Below, piece after piece: positions 55,024 through 64,000 of a stretch of 64,000 bases of DNA; the stretch's first letter is position 1, and each line of letters begins with the position of its first letter. Position numbers and translations under genes: made by a program. A model generated the notes under the pieces. It was given only the letters and a program-made list of their open reading frames with translations, made no database searches and was not told the DNA's origin. This DNA comes from Escherichia phage vB_EcoM-LTH01: sequence record PP430345; one strand, 5' to 3'.

Positions 55024-56133
55024 ATGGGTTATCCGGTAATTGAAGATTGGTCAGGTATTATCGAAGACAACGTGGTTGTTGCACTTGATCTCGATCAAAC
55101 TTGCTATGTTGCTGCGGCTGGTGCAGAAAAAAGAACGATCATCGCTCGACACAAGGAGACTGGAAGGGAAAAAGAATTTCGCAACAAAACAGAGTTTTGG
55201 GGTCGCCAAAAGAATGTTGTTGGTGGATGGTTAAAAGACCAAAACATTAATATGGAAGCAAAAGCGGTTGCTCGCGGAAAAGAATTTACTCCGTGGACCC
55301 GTGATGATTTCGAGATCATTGAAAAGCAAACTCCAGAACCAGTGGAGAACTGTCTTCACTTATTGAAGATTAAGATCAATGCTATTCTTGAACACGTAGG
55401 ATCAGCAAACGGGCTTGGTGTTTTAGGTGGGAGTGGTAACTTCCGTCTTGCACTCCCGACCCCTGAGATCTATAAGGGTAACCGTGAAGATACTTTACGT
55501 CCTCTGTTGCTTGGGGAGACTCGTCGATATGTTCAGCAGAAGTATGGTGCGATCATTGTGGATGGTATTGAGGCAGATGATTATTTATCGATCCTTGGTT
55601 ACAAAGGTTATTTAAATTATCGAAAGACTGGAAAGTTCAGTCATATTGTGGCATCCTTTGATAAGGATCAGGTTCAGGTTCCTTCTCTGTTGTTTAACAC
55701 GATGCGTGATTCAACAGAGCGTACTTGGAAACATCCTGAACTCTGGTTGATTGATGATTCTATGGGTGAGATCTGGATGGAGTCTGGAAAGGTAAAAGGC
55801 TGGGGTAAGAAATTCTTCGGTTACCAAATGCTATTTGGTGATGCAGCGGATAACGTTAAACCATATCAAACCTTCGAGGGTCTTCGCTTTGGTGAAACAT
55901 CGGCTTTCCAGGTCATCTCCCCTTGTGCAGACGAGAAGAGTATGTGGTTAGCTATTATTGATCAGTATAAGAAGTGGTTTCCTGAGGGTGTTGAATATAC
56001 AGACCACTTAGGGAATCATCGTAAGTTTTCAGCGGGTCAGTGGGCTTCTGTCATTTTCCAGTGTGTTTATATGAAGCGCACAGAAAATGATAAGACAACA
56101 TTATCCTCAACTTTAAAACGGGTAGGTATTTAA
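55024..56133 (+). CDS. putative nuclease (5'-3' exonuclease/FEN-like motif)
   Basis: GAIIVDGIEADDYLSILGY resembles the GxEADD motif of 5' nucleases; N-terminal VVVALDLDQT acidic cluster; weak. Confidence 0.3.
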   Translation: MGYPVIEDWSGIIEDNVVVALDLDQTCYVAAAGAEKRTIIARHKETGREKEFRNKTEFWGRQKNVVGGWLKDQNINMEAKAVARGKEFTPWTRDDFEIIEKQTPEPVENCLHLLKIKINAILEHVGSANGLGVLGGSGNFRLALPTPEIYKGNREDTLRPLLLGETRRYVQQKYGAIIVDGIEADDYLSILGYKGYLNYRKTGKFSHIVASFDKDQVQVPSLLFNTMRDSTERTWKHPELWLIDDSMGEIWMESGKVKGWGKKFFGYQMLFGDAADNVKPYQTFEGLRFGETSAFQVISPCADEKSMWLAIIDQYKKWFPEGVEYTDHLGNHRKFSAGQWASVIFQCVYMKRTENDKTTLSSTLKRVGI

Positions 56134-56444
56134 TGTCAGGCTTTTCTGAGAGTTTTGATGATGTTATGATCGCTGACGAAATTCGTGCAGCACTCGTTCC
56201 TGGCGCAAAGCGCCAGGTCTACAAGATTGAAGAACCTTGGACTATGCTGGAGGAGCCTTGGAGAATTCAATGGTTTGACAAGCGTGTTGATTCTATCTGT
56301 CAGGTCTATGTTGTTGGTGATCCGTTCTACGATGAGAAATATGTAACTTTTATGGTTTACATGGACGGAGAAGTAAAGAACTATGTGTTCTTAATCGACC
56401 AATATCATTATCTTGATAATACCGAAGAAGGGGAATCAGCGTGA
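56133..56444 (+). CDS. hypothetical protein
   Basis: ORF track; translationally coupled. Confidence 0.45.
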   Translation: MSGFSESFDDVMIADEIRAALVPGAKRQVYKIEEPWTMLEEPWRIQWFDKRVDSICQVYVVGDPFYDEKYVTFMVYMDGEVKNYVFLIDQYHYLDNTEEGESA

Positions 56445-57019
56445 AAATTTTATCCATCGATCAGAGTATGGCTTCTTGTGCATGTGTAGTTTTTGACGGT
56501 AATGAACCGATCTTTAAAGAAGTATTGAAAACAACAGGATCTGCAAATGCCAAAGACTGGCAGATTCGTTTTGATAATCCTGTTGAGCAGATGGCATACA
56601 TTTCTCGACACATTGCGGATATTTGTGAGTCTTTCCAGGTCGAGAAGATCGTGCTGGAGTCTTTGAGCTTTGGATCTGCTGGTAATGCCACAAGGGATCT
56701 TGCAGGATTATTTTTCTGTATTCAGTTGACACTACTTCGAGATGGATATAGTATGGACAACATACACACCATTGCACCAACATCTGTTAAATCTTGGGCG
56801 CGAGGTAAATTACCTGGTGAGGAACAAGAGGTGATGAATGCAAAAGGTACGAAGATGGAAAAAATTAAAATGGATAAAGATCAAATGATGAAGGTTTGCG
56901 AGTTGATGGAACCTGGGTTTTTAGCTGGATATTCAAAGACAGGTAAGAACGGCGGGGCTACAGATCTTGCAGATGCCTACTTAATTGGGAGATGCTACCT
57001 TGAACGAAACGGTTATTGA
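56441..57019 (+). CDS. RuvC-like Holliday junction resolvase
   Basis: N-terminal KILSIDQS and C-terminal ATDLADAYLIGRCY resemble RuvC catalytic blocks. Confidence 0.5.
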   Translation: MKILSIDQSMASCACVVFDGNEPIFKEVLKTTGSANAKDWQIRFDNPVEQMAYISRHIADICESFQVEKIVLESLSFGSAGNATRDLAGLFFCIQLTLLRDGYSMDNIHTIAPTSVKSWARGKLPGEEQEVMNAKGTKMEKIKMDKDQMMKVCELMEPGFLAGYSKTGKNGGATDLADAYLIGRCYLERNGY

Positions 57020-57653
57020 ACGCTACGAATCTGAAGAGTTTTACCAGAGTAAGAAATTAGTGATCTGTTGGAATACCCTCGAAAGGGGGGATTTCATTGC
57101 TAAACTAAAGCACACTGCAAATAAGTTGGGGTTTGGTTCTTATCAGAAGGATCGTAGTGGTTACGATATAAACCTGTTTAATGAGCGATCTAAGCTGAAC
57201 ATGCACATTCAGACGATCAGTTCTGCACAGTGGTCTTTTTGGCAAAAAGTCAGAGGTATGTGTTTTGACGAAATCATCATCAGTGGGTATTCTTTTAAGT
57301 CTGTTTCTGATAAAGCTTCACTGAAAGAATTACTTTATTTGACGAAGCAAAAAGGTAATCCGATTTTTGATAATGCTTTAAGGGTTTTTATAAACTCAAG
57401 TCGATCTGAATTCTTTAAGGATTTTGATTCGAACGTTCCATCAGAGTTTAAAAATAATGTTGACAACAGTCTGTTTAGTAATATAAACTTTCCAATGTCA
57501 CTTTATCGCTTCGGAATGGAAGAGTATTTTGAAAACCCTGTTGCACCTACACACGGTGAGTTCTTAATGGCTTTGGCCTTGGAGGGAGTACATGCGAGTA
57601 CCGAGAGTGAGGAAGCGGCGGTCAAAGAGGCCACTATTCACAGCGAAGGATAA
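56985..57653 (+). CDS. hypothetical protein
   Basis: ORF track; 35-nt overlap with upstream gene, start uncertain. Confidence 0.4.
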   Translation: MGDATLNETVIERYESEEFYQSKKLVICWNTLERGDFIAKLKHTANKLGFGSYQKDRSGYDINLFNERSKLNMHIQTISSAQWSFWQKVRGMCFDEIIISGYSFKSVSDKASLKELLYLTKQKGNPIFDNALRVFINSSRSEFFKDFDSNVPSEFKNNVDNSLFSNINFPMSLYRFGMEEYFENPVAPTHGEFLMALALEGVHASTESEEAAVKEATIHSEG

Positions 57654-57696
57654 GGCAACTACACCTATCCGTGTTAAATTGAATAAGGATCTTTGG

Positions 57697-58170
57697 GTGA
57701 GTGGGTCGAAGGAAATAGCAAAATATCGTGATGAAATATTGCTTGACCAACAGGGAGTTTGTGCTATACTAGGTGAAGTTATGGAGAAGCCTTGTTTAGA
57801 CCATGATCACTTTGATGGAAAGGTTAGGGGTGTTATTGGAAGCACCCTGAACCTTTTCGAAGGTGGTGTACAAAAACTTTGGTCTAAACACATGGAAGAT
57901 AAAACAGACTTGACAATGAGTGAAGTTCTACGTAGAATGGCTGACTATCTCGAAAGGGATTACTCTTCAAGAAAGTTTCATGGTGAGATTGTTGCTGACC
58001 TGAAAAAATATTTGAAGAGATTAAAGAAAGAAACAATTGCAATGAACGCTTTATTGAGGTACAATGTAGTTATCGATGATAGTTTGGATAAAGGTGAAAT
58101 GATAACTCTTTATGTGAAAGCGTTTATCGATAAACTTGAGGAGGGTTATCTGTATGAGTCAAGAAGTTGA
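57697..58170 (+). CDS. endonuclease VII-like resolvase (GTG start, 157 aa)
   Basis: CAILGEVMEKPCLDHDHFDGKVRGVIGSTLN matches the EndoVII zinc/HN block; ORF-track start 57592 overlaps previous gene by 62 nt; GTG 57697 follows AAGGA with 7-nt spacer. Confidence 0.6.
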   Translation: MSGSKEIAKYRDEILLDQQGVCAILGEVMEKPCLDHDHFDGKVRGVIGSTLNLFEGGVQKLWSKHMEDKTDLTMSEVLRRMADYLERDYSSRKFHGEIVADLKKYLKRLKKETIAMNALLRYNVVIDDSLDKGEMITLYVKAFIDKLEEGYLYESRS

Positions 58171-58381
58171 CAATAACACCTACGGTTTACCAACCCTGCG
58201 GTTTTATTATCGCAATTGGAAAGGTGATTGTGGTTATCGTACTGTAACTGGTACGCCAGTGATGTGGTATGGTGAATCGCCGTATCATCGTGGCGAACAG
58301 TGGTTTATGAAAGCGTATGATGTAGATAAACAAGATATCCGTGACTTTGCTGTTGCCGATGTAATCGAATTTTTTAAATAA
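58154..58381 (+). CDS. hypothetical protein
   Basis: ORF-track frame from 58136; ATG 58154 after GAGG preferred. Confidence 0.4.
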   Translation: MSQEVDNNTYGLPTLRFYYRNWKGDCGYRTVTGTPVMWYGESPYHRGEQWFMKAYDVDKQDIRDFAVADVIEFFK

Positions 58382-58391
58382 GGAGTTTTTA

Positions 58392-59486
58392 GTGACTAAT
58401 AAAGTAACTTTTACTGTTGAACAAGTTCTGCAACTGATGAAACACGGTTTGTCTCAGCGCGAAGTAGCTCGCCAATTGGGTAAAGAGTCTCAGGAATCTA
58501 CGGTTCGTAATATGATCCGTCGTGAAATTCAAAAGAATGATGTTTCAAGTGTTAAGGAACTCCTTGAAATCACCCCAGCTTATGAAGATTACGAAAACTA
58601 TGCAGAATATATGCAGCAGAAAGAGTCAGGTGGGGAGTCTGTCGCTAAGATTGAAAAAGATTTCATTGAAAAGATCAAAGAGCAGAACCCAGGTGCTAAA
58701 GTTTTCCTTGGTGACATTGAAACATCTCCTTCTATAGCATATTCGTTTGGACGATTTAAACAGTTCATTGCACCGAAGCAGGTAATTATGGAACCGTACA
58801 TGCTGACATTCGCTGGTAAGTGGCTGCACAACCCATCGATCTTCAGCCGGAAGCTGACTGACTATCCAGAAGAGTTTGCACGAGATCACCAGTCAGATCG
58901 CAAGTTGATCGAAGACCTGTGGAAAGTTCTGGACGAATGTGATATCTTTATCGCACATAATGCTCGCTTTGACCGTGGTTGGGCAAATCAGCGTTTCGCA
59001 TATTACGGTATGCAACCGCCAAGCCCCTACATCACGATCGATACATTGGCTGCACTGAAAGAAGCTTTCTCTCTTCCTTCAAATGCACTTGAAGCAGCAT
59101 GTAACTATTTTGAACTTGATAGTCGTAAGCTGTCGCATGAAGGTTTCAGTCTGTGGCGACGTTGTGTTGAAGGTGACCCAACCGCATTTGAAGAGATGGA
59201 AGAATATAACATTGGTGATATTCCAACGCTGGAAGAACTGTATCTGACTGTACGACCTTTCATGCGGAAACATCCGAACATTGCATTGTTCCACAAAGAT
59301 CAATCAACTATGCGTTGTGTTCGTTGTGGTAGTGACGACTTAGTTATTGAGGAAGGTAAGTCAGCAGTAACGTTCTTGTCTAAGTTCAAGGTGTATCGTT
59401 GCCAGGAATGTGGTTCTTGTGCACGAGATCGTCAGAATGTTCGCGAGAAGGCAGCGATGAAGAAAACGCTGGCAAACATTCTGTAA
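58392..59486 (+). CDS. DEDD-type 3'-5' exonuclease with N-terminal HTH-like region
   Basis: Exo I-like FLGDIETSP and Exo III-like HNARFDRGW; C-terminal CVRCG...CQECG zinc-ribbon-like. Confidence 0.55.
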   Translation: MTNKVTFTVEQVLQLMKHGLSQREVARQLGKESQESTVRNMIRREIQKNDVSSVKELLEITPAYEDYENYAEYMQQKESGGESVAKIEKDFIEKIKEQNPGAKVFLGDIETSPSIAYSFGRFKQFIAPKQVIMEPYMLTFAGKWLHNPSIFSRKLTDYPEEFARDHQSDRKLIEDLWKVLDECDIFIAHNARFDRGWANQRFAYYGMQPPSPYITIDTLAALKEAFSLPSNALEAACNYFELDSRKLSHEGFSLWRRCVEGDPTAFEEMEEYNIGDIPTLEELYLTVRPFMRKHPNIALFHKDQSTMRCVRCGSDDLVIEEGKSAVTFLSKFKVYRCQECGSCARDRQNVREKAAMKKTLANIL

Positions 59487-59495
59487 TTTTATTTA

Positions 59496-59521
59496 ACCGC
59501 CCTTCGGGGCGGTTTTTTTTA
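59496..59521 (+). terminator. rho-independent terminator (near-copy of the 52034 terminator)
   Basis: ACCGCCC-TTCG-GGGCGGT followed by TTTTTTTTATT. Confidence 0.7.
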
Positions 59522-59545
59522 TTGTGAAAATGAGAGGAGATTAGT

Positions 59546-60184
59546 ATGAAATTCATTAATTTAAATGGTCCTGCTTTTTCTGGTAAAGATGCTCTTGCTA
59601 AAGAGATTGCAGAGTTAGTTACGGTAGATAATAACGTAGGTATTCATGTTGAGTTTAAAGGTTCCCTTATCGATCTAGCTATTCGTATTGCAGGTATTAA
59701 TCGTGAACTGTGGGATGCACTTTACCACCGCGATTATAAAGAAGTACCTCAACCATATTTTAATGTTGCAGGTAAACAAGTGTCCCCACGTAACTGGCTG
59801 ATCCATATCTCTGAGAATGTTGCGAAGCCTCTCTTCGGAGAAGAATACTTTGGTGTTGCTCTTGCCAAGCGTGTTAAAGATATTGCGAAAGGTATGGAAA
59901 TGAATGGTTATACCTGTACGTTTATTAGCTCTGATGGTGGATTTGTTCATGAAAGTGTTCCGGTAGTGAAGGCGGTAAATGGCGATTACACATTGATCCG
60001 TCTGCACCGTACTGATCCACGAACTGGTAATAAATTAACTTTTGAAGGCGATTCTCGTAATTATATTTACTCTGAGAATTTTCCTGAAAGTGCACGACCT
60101 AGAGATTTCGACGTTGAAAACGTTAATGGTAAGCTAACTGAAACTGCAAAATTAATTATCAAACTCTCAGAGGGGAAAGAGTAA
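59546..60184 (+). CDS. P-loop kinase, deoxynucleoside monophosphate kinase-like
   Basis: N-terminus MKFINLNGPAFSGKDALAKEI (P-loop) resembles T4 dNMP kinase N-terminus as I recall it; GAGAGGAGA RBS. Confidence 0.45.
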   Translation: MKFINLNGPAFSGKDALAKEIAELVTVDNNVGIHVEFKGSLIDLAIRIAGINRELWDALYHRDYKEVPQPYFNVAGKQVSPRNWLIHISENVAKPLFGEEYFGVALAKRVKDIAKGMEMNGYTCTFISSDGGFVHESVPVVKAVNGDYTLIRLHRTDPRTGNKLTFEGDSRNYIYSENFPESARPRDFDVENVNGKLTETAKLIIKLSEGKE

Positions 60185-60790
60185 ATGAAAAAAGCGATCA
60201 TTGTGGATGTTGACTTAACTATCGTTGATTCTGGATGGCCTTGGTTGCACTGGATGGAAAGCATCTATAATATGGAGGCTGATTCTGACCTTATGGAAAA
60301 GGACATTAGCGAGAATGGGTATTTTGATTACAATCTTTCTCGGTACTTTCCTGATCGCTGTAAGAAGGCTATCCCTCCATATGATTATTGGGAAGACCCT
60401 TTCTTGTATGATAAGATGTTCCCTATTGCGGGAGCAGTAGAGGCAATCAATAAGTTACATGCCGCAGGATTCCCTATTCGGTTTGTGTCTTATTGCAAGA
60501 AAGGTCATTTTAGTAGTAAAGTTCGTTTCTTGAAGCGACACTTCCCTAACCTGGATCTTGAAAATGGAACAGACGGGTGTGGTTTTTATGCTACAAAGTA
60601 CAAGGCTGGAGTTTCGGGTGATTACATCATTGATGATCGTAATAAATTTTTGAATCAATTTAGTGACAAGGTAGTAAAAATCAAGTATGATACACCCTTC
60701 AGTCAAGACGAAGAAGAGATCGGGTGTTACGACTTGGTAACTAGCGATTGGGCATCAATTGCTGAATTTATTTTGGAGAGAGAATCTTGA
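60185..60790 (+). CDS. HAD-superfamily hydrolase, likely 5'(3')-deoxyribonucleotidase
   Basis: HAD motif I in AIIVDVDLTIVDS; start overlaps stop of kinase gene. Confidence 0.45.
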   Translation: MKKAIIVDVDLTIVDSGWPWLHWMESIYNMEADSDLMEKDISENGYFDYNLSRYFPDRCKKAIPPYDYWEDPFLYDKMFPIAGAVEAINKLHAAGFPIRFVSYCKKGHFSSKVRFLKRHFPNLDLENGTDGCGFYATKYKAGVSGDYIIDDRNKFLNQFSDKVVKIKYDTPFSQDEEEIGCYDLVTSDWASIAEFILERES

Positions 60791-60972
60791 GATGTGGTAA
60801 AGGAAGATGGGTAGTTAGGGAAGGTGATTATGTAGAGATCCTTTCTAAAGAAAAGGGAAGCCTTTTGGCTTCCTTCAAAGTAAAAAGCGACATGTGCAAA
60901 GAAATGTTTGACATGTATCTTCACATTATGTACGATATTAGCGTTGATTACAAAATCAGGAAAATAAAATGA
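60787..60972 (+). CDS. hypothetical protein
   Basis: ORF track. Confidence 0.35.
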   Translation: MRCGKGRWVVREGDYVEILSKEKGSLLASFKVKSDMCKEMFDMYLHIMYDISVDYKIRKIK

Positions 60973-61175
60973 ATATAGTATTTTTCGAAGGTGAAGATTG
61001 GGAAGGTATTTATGTTGACGGTAAGTTAGTGTTAGAAGGCCACAGGGTAGACATTAAGGAATTTATTTCTTACTTGGCAAAGAAAAGACTTGCTAACTTA
61101 GAGATTGTAAGGGAAAATGATTTGAGTAGTCCAATTGAAGATTACTTGCCACAATTTGTTGAAGATTTAAATTAA
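60969..61175 (+). CDS. hypothetical protein
   Basis: ORF track. Confidence 0.4.
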   Translation: MNIVFFEGEDWEGIYVDGKLVLEGHRVDIKEFISYLAKKRLANLEIVRENDLSSPIEDYLPQFVEDLN

Positions 61176-61191
61176 TAGAGAGGAGATTTGA

Positions 61192-62220
61192 ATGTCCATG
61201 ATTGAAGCCCGTATTATTGCAGATTCTGTTGGCTATCGTAGTAAAGCTCGTATCACCACGTTTGAATTGACCTATCCTCGATTCATTCACTCAGAACTTA
61301 TGACACACCGACTGTTTAGTAGAAATGCAATGTCTTCTCGTGCAGTGCCGATCAAGACAATGGTTAAACTGATCCGTGAAAATATGGCAATGCCTGTTCG
61401 ATTTGGTGCTAACCAACCTGGTATGCAGGATAAAGGAACAGAACATGATGGTAAAGTATGGTATGATTGGGTGGAAGATACAAGTGGCGTGTGTCATGAA
61501 CTGTACTGTACCGGACGAGAAGCTTGGGCGAAGGCTGCGGAAAATGCCTGTGAATGGGCAGAACGTTTCGAGGCAGCGGGGTTCCATAAGCAGATTGCTA
61601 ACCGATTGATCGAGCCGTTCCAGATGATGAAGACTATCGTTACAGCAACAGAATTTGAAAACTTCTTCTGGTTACGTGTTGATGCAGACGCAGACCCAAC
61701 GATCGAAGTATTGGCTAAGAAAATGCACGAAGCTTATAAAGCTTCTACTCCAGAATGGTTACAACCTGGTGTGTGGCATACGCCTTACGTAGACCATTGT
61801 TTCGACTCTGGACCTTTGGGTGATGGGCATATTTTTGCAGGGTATTGTGTACAGGATGAAGATGGAAATCACATTATGCTGTCCGAAGAAGAGGCTTTGT
61901 CTATCTCTTCCTCTTGTTGTGGACAGGTAAGTTATCGTCGTCTTAACAATACGAAAGATAAGGCTTTGGATATTTATGCCAAGCTCGTATCCGGTAAAAA
62001 GGTCCACGCTTCTCCGTTCGAGCATCAGGCGAAGGAGATAGAAGAGACATTTGAACCCGATGAAGTACAAGACGGTTACAATATGGTAAATGTCCCTTGG
62101 TGTTCAGCATCTTGGGAAGAGGGTATTACTCACGTAGATCGTGACGGTAACTTCTGGAGTGGAAACCTGAAAGGGTTTGTTCAACATCGTCAGTTAATTC
62201 CTGGTCATGTTGCAAAATAA
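61192..62220 (+). CDS. ThyX-like (flavin-dependent thymidylate synthase fold) protein, divergent, with C-terminal extension
   Basis: FELTYPRFIHSELMTHRLFSRNAMSSR aligns with the ThyX block F..K.PIFV.RQ..RHR.......S, but first Arg of RHR is Thr; 342 aa is ~100 aa longer than typical ThyX. Confidence 0.45.
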   Translation: MSMIEARIIADSVGYRSKARITTFELTYPRFIHSELMTHRLFSRNAMSSRAVPIKTMVKLIRENMAMPVRFGANQPGMQDKGTEHDGKVWYDWVEDTSGVCHELYCTGREAWAKAAENACEWAERFEAAGFHKQIANRLIEPFQMMKTIVTATEFENFFWLRVDADADPTIEVLAKKMHEAYKASTPEWLQPGVWHTPYVDHCFDSGPLGDGHIFAGYCVQDEDGNHIMLSEEEALSISSSCCGQVSYRRLNNTKDKALDIYAKLVSGKKVHASPFEHQAKEIEETFEPDEVQDGYNMVNVPWCSASWEEGITHVDRDGNFWSGNLKGFVQHRQLIPGHVAK

Positions 62221-62287
62221 GTGTTGACATTGGTTAGTTAATTTTATATTATTATCGGCGCTGGGGCATATTGCCCCTCTTTTTAAA

Positions 62288-62782
62288 ATGTTGTACGAGG
62301 AGATTAAAATGGGTTTTAAGAAAGAAGTTAAATACGGTGCAGTAACTCTGGATTTCATTTTGGAATGTGCAAAAATCATGAACTTCGACCCGAAGGATGA
62401 CAAAACTCTTCGTAAAGTCCTTCACCTGATCGGTTTCCAAGTTTCAATTCTGAATGAAGAGACTGGTGAGTATAAACCTTGCCAGATTGACCGAATTAAC
62501 CGAGTGAATGTGCGTTGTATTGATAAACCGTACCTTTGCCGTGAAACAACAGTGTTTTCTGGACGTTTACGTGACAAATCAGAATTCCCACTGGTAGATA
62601 TCTACGAAAAGATGGATATCTTAGATGTTAGCAGTTCTAAAGCAACAGCTTTTGTTAATTCTTTGGATTTTGATATTCCGGTTGTTGAAAAAGTGAATAC
62701 CCGTAAATACACACGAAAAGAAGATCGTTCTGAAACAATCGTTATGGATCTTCCTGAGTTTTCTGAGACACTGATTAAATAA
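62288..62782 (+). CDS. hypothetical protein
   Basis: ORF track; GAGGAGA RBS. Confidence 0.45.
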   Translation: MLYEEIKMGFKKEVKYGAVTLDFILECAKIMNFDPKDDKTLRKVLHLIGFQVSILNEETGEYKPCQIDRINRVNVRCIDKPYLCRETTVFSGRLRDKSEFPLVDIYEKMDILDVSSSKATAFVNSLDFDIPVVEKVNTRKYTRKEDRSETIVMDLPEFSETLIK

Positions 62783-62796
62783 TAAGGAGAAATTTT

Positions 62797-63045
62797 ATGG
62801 GTAAAGCTAAATTAACAGTTCCGGTTGAGCAGACTAAGTGGTTCCAACGTGGTTTTGCAAGCAAGCATGAATACTTGGGTTGGTTGCAGTTTAATGATCT
62901 GGTTGATGATTCGTTTGGTTATGACGACACTTACCACGATCAGTACTCTGGATTAACTGTTCGATTAGGTGAACCGACATTTGAAAATGTCGATAAATAT
63001 GATACACTGATCAACAAGTCTGCAACTAAAACTGAAACTAAATAA
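62797..63045 (+). CDS. hypothetical protein
   Basis: ORF track; AAGGAGAAA RBS. Confidence 0.45.
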   Translation: MGKAKLTVPVEQTKWFQRGFASKHEYLGWLQFNDLVDDSFGYDDTYHDQYSGLTVRLGEPTFENVDKYDTLINKSATKTETK

Positions 63046-63057
63046 GGAGAAATAAAT

Positions 63058-64000
63058 TGGGTATTACTGTTCGTAAGCGTAATGGTTCTGTAGAGAAATT
63101 CGAAGCTGAGAAGATCAACCGTGTTGTAGTTTGGTCTTGTGAAGGGGTTAATGATGTAAGTCCTTCTGATATCCTGATGAAATCTCAGATTCAGATGTAT
63201 GATGGTGTAGAAACCGACGCGATTCACGATACCCTGATCAAGTCCGCAGCGGACCTAATTAGTGTAGAAAGTCCAAACTATCAGTATCCAGCAGCACGTC
63301 TGCTTCTGTTTAAACTGCGTAAGCAGGCTTATGGTGGTTTTGAACCTCGTCCACTGTACGCTCACATTCTTATGACTGTAGCTCGCGGTAAATACGATGA
63401 ACATCTGATTTCAGATTACACGAAAGAAGAGATTGAATTTTTAGATACAGTTATCGATCATGACCGTGATTTTGATTACACTTACGCAGCTATGCGTCAG
63501 TACGAAGATAAATATCTGGTCAAGGATCGTGTAACAGGTGAAATCTTTGAATCTCCTCAGACAGCACTGATGCTGATCGCAATGTGCTTGATGAGTAAAG
63601 AAGATCCTAAGAAGCGTCTACAAAAAGTGATTGATCTGTACAACATGGTTTCTACCATGAAGGTTTCTCTGCCTACTCCGATTATGGGTGGTGTACGAAC
63701 TCCGACTCGCCAATTCAGTTCTTGTGTTCTGATTGAATCAGGTGATGATATTAACCAGATCTTTGCAGCAGTTGAAGCACAAGGTAAGTATGCAGCACAG
63801 CGAGCAGGCATTGGTTTGAACTTTGGCGCTATTCGTGGACAGGACGCTCCTATTCGCGGTGGGGAAGTTAAACATGCAGGTACGGTCGGCATTGTTCGAA
63901 TGTATCAAGAATCTTTAGGTTGGGCATCTCAAGGTGGTCTGCGTAAAGCTTCAGCTAACTACTTTTATCCGATTTGGCACTGGGACTTTGAAAACCTGAT
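63058..64000 (+). CDS. nrdA: ribonucleotide reductase class I large subunit (NrdA), N-terminal ATP-cone; TTG start; 3'-truncated by window edge
   Basis: Translation from TTG 63058 (RBS AAGGAGAAA) gives LGITVRKRNGSVEKFEAEKINRVV (ATP-cone) and later LPTPIMGGVRTPTRQFSSCVLIE; open to window end; absent from ORF track. Confidence 0.8.

Noticed and set aside
63557-63892. 111-aa minus-strand ORF
   Set aside because: Lies inside and antisense to nrdA, which has strong conserved motifs on the plus strand.
1-64000. Integrated prophage or other integrative mobile element
   Set aside because: No integrase, recombinase, att-like repeat pair or flanking bacterial housekeeping genes in the window; gene content is that of a virulent-style phage, though the window cannot exclude an integrase elsewhere.

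Overview
This window reads as a contiguous segment of a tailed-phage (myovirus-type) genome, not a bacterial chromosome. Layout: (i) 1-6034, plus-strand small early/accessory genes ending in a 391-aa ssDNA-binding-like protein whose C-terminus is identical to the E. coli SSB acidic tip (MDFDDDIPF); (ii) 6083-41117, a minus-strand late structural module read from high to low coordinates: terminase large subunit, portal, scaffold, decoration-like protein, lambda-E-like major capsid protein, two giant collagen-like (Gly-X-Y) proteins, neck genes, tail sheath, tail tube, chaperone pair with a candidate -1 frameshift site, tape measure, Mu/P2-like baseplate, tail fibers; a spanin-like pair sits immediately upstream of terL and no small terminase is recognisable; (iii) 41235-42780, a minus-strand tRNA cluster (Gln, Gly, Pro, Tyr, Met confidently; three further tRNA-like elements that do not fold canonically) flanked by unexplained non-coding stretches; (iv) 42041-44739, minus-strand small acidic early genes; (v) 44740-45116, an AT-rich divergent control region with direct repeats and six GATC sites in 60 bp; (vi) 45117-64000, plus-strand early/DNA-metabolism genes: ATP-dependent DNA ligase, NADAR-family hydrolase (candidate anti-DarT counter-defence), HNH endonuclease, RuvC-like and EndoVII-like resolvases, DEDD exonuclease, dNMP kinase-like, HAD nucleotidase, a divergent ThyX-like enzyme, and the 5' part of nrdA running off the window. 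GC-rich CGAA/TTCG tetraloop hairpins recur as intrinsic terminators at gene junctions. All calls are from manual reading of the sequence and ORF track; no database search or folding software was run, so family assignments are motif-level and should be confirmed by HMM search.
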